From the NCBI RefSeq assembly GCF_963921235.1, contig NC_086097.1, positions 6,014,001 through 6,078,000 of the forward strand: a DNA stretch of 64,000 nucleotides, in the 5' to 3' direction. The translations under genes were made by a program, and so were the position numbers. The notes below the pieces were generated by a model. It saw only the letters and a program-made list of their open reading frames with translations. It was not told where the DNA came from and did not search any database. This document shows positions 63,469 through 64,000 of this stretch, one piece after another (positions within the stretch are counted from its first letter, which is position 1; every line of letters starts with the position of its first letter). This stretch comes from Mobula hypostoma. Its lineage: Eukaryota.

Positions 63469-64000
63469 GCACCTCTTCCTAGAGATGCTGCCTGGCCTGC
63501 TGCGTTCACCAGCAACTTTGATGTGTGTTGCTTGAATTTCCAGCATCTGCGGAATTCCTGTTGTTTACAGACTCAAGGCTGTAATTTCTGCCGATAGTGC
63601 ATCTATTAAATACTGACTAGAAGGGGGTGAATACTTATTCAAGCACTTATTTTGTGCTTTATATTTGTAATTAATTTAGGTCACTTTGTAAAGATCTGTT
63701 TTCACTTTGGCACTAAAGAGTCATTTTCTGTTGTCAAAGCACCAAATTAAATCCACTGTGAATTATTGTTATAAAACAATGAAACATGAAAACTTCTAAG
63801 AGGGTGAATATTTTTTATATACATATATATTAAATAAATATTTCATAAAAAGAACAAAATAAGAAAAAAATAGTGAGGGAACATGGGTTCATTGTCCATT
63901 CAGAAATCTGATGGCAGAGGGGAAGAGGCTGTTCCTGAAATGTTGAGTGTTTGTCTTCAGACTCCTTGACGGTAGAAATGGCACAAGGACATGTCCTGAG

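Larger units (their letters stand above)
63275..63566 (+). mobile_element. Palindromic Penelope-type mini-retroposon (subfamily A)
   Basis: 117-bp inverted arms 63275-63391 and 63411-63527 (2 mismatches seen), 19-nt spacer, 39-nt tail; perfect TSD ACAGACTCAAGGCT (63261-63274 / 63567-63580). Confidence 0.92.
61981..63822 (+). mobile_element. Tc1/mariner, second copy of the 9303 family
   Basis: Collinear with 9330-10920, including long IRs and KRKPLLKKTH, TVKHGGG and [11 protein letters not shown]. Confidence 0.92.

Noticed and set aside
63267..63535. Near-identical 82-aa ORFs on opposite strands
   Set aside because: Artefact of the palindrome; not a gene.

Overview
Eukaryotic, repeat-dominated genomic DNA. 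The repeat families (shark/ray-type CR1, Rex1/Babar, tRNA SINEs, Penelope pLTR mini-elements) suggest an elasmobranch, probably a batoid ray; this is an inference. No host protein-coding gene can be confidently called, so the window looks intergenic or intronic. Main contents: a complete but dead 7.4 kb Ty3/Gypsy LTR retrotransposon (27086-34451, minus strand, tRNA-Leu PBS), a second decayed Gypsy and solo LTRs, many nested CR1 and Rex1/Babar LINE pieces, a 2.7 kb RNase H-bearing I/Nimb-clade LINE with a 13-bp TSD, Tc1/mariner copies, a TTAA-flanked piggyBac-type MITE, tRNA-derived SINEs and two minisatellites. The most notable signal is a family of 130-290 bp non-coding retroposons flanked by 10-14 bp TSDs. 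They carry minimal type-I hammerhead ribozyme motifs (stem I-CUGAYGA-stem II-GAAACGUC-stem I). Two of them are near-perfect palindromes with a hammerhead on each strand and a ~38-nt unpaired tail, the architecture of Penelope-like element pseudo-LTRs. All coordinates and identities were read by eye; no alignment or database search was run.
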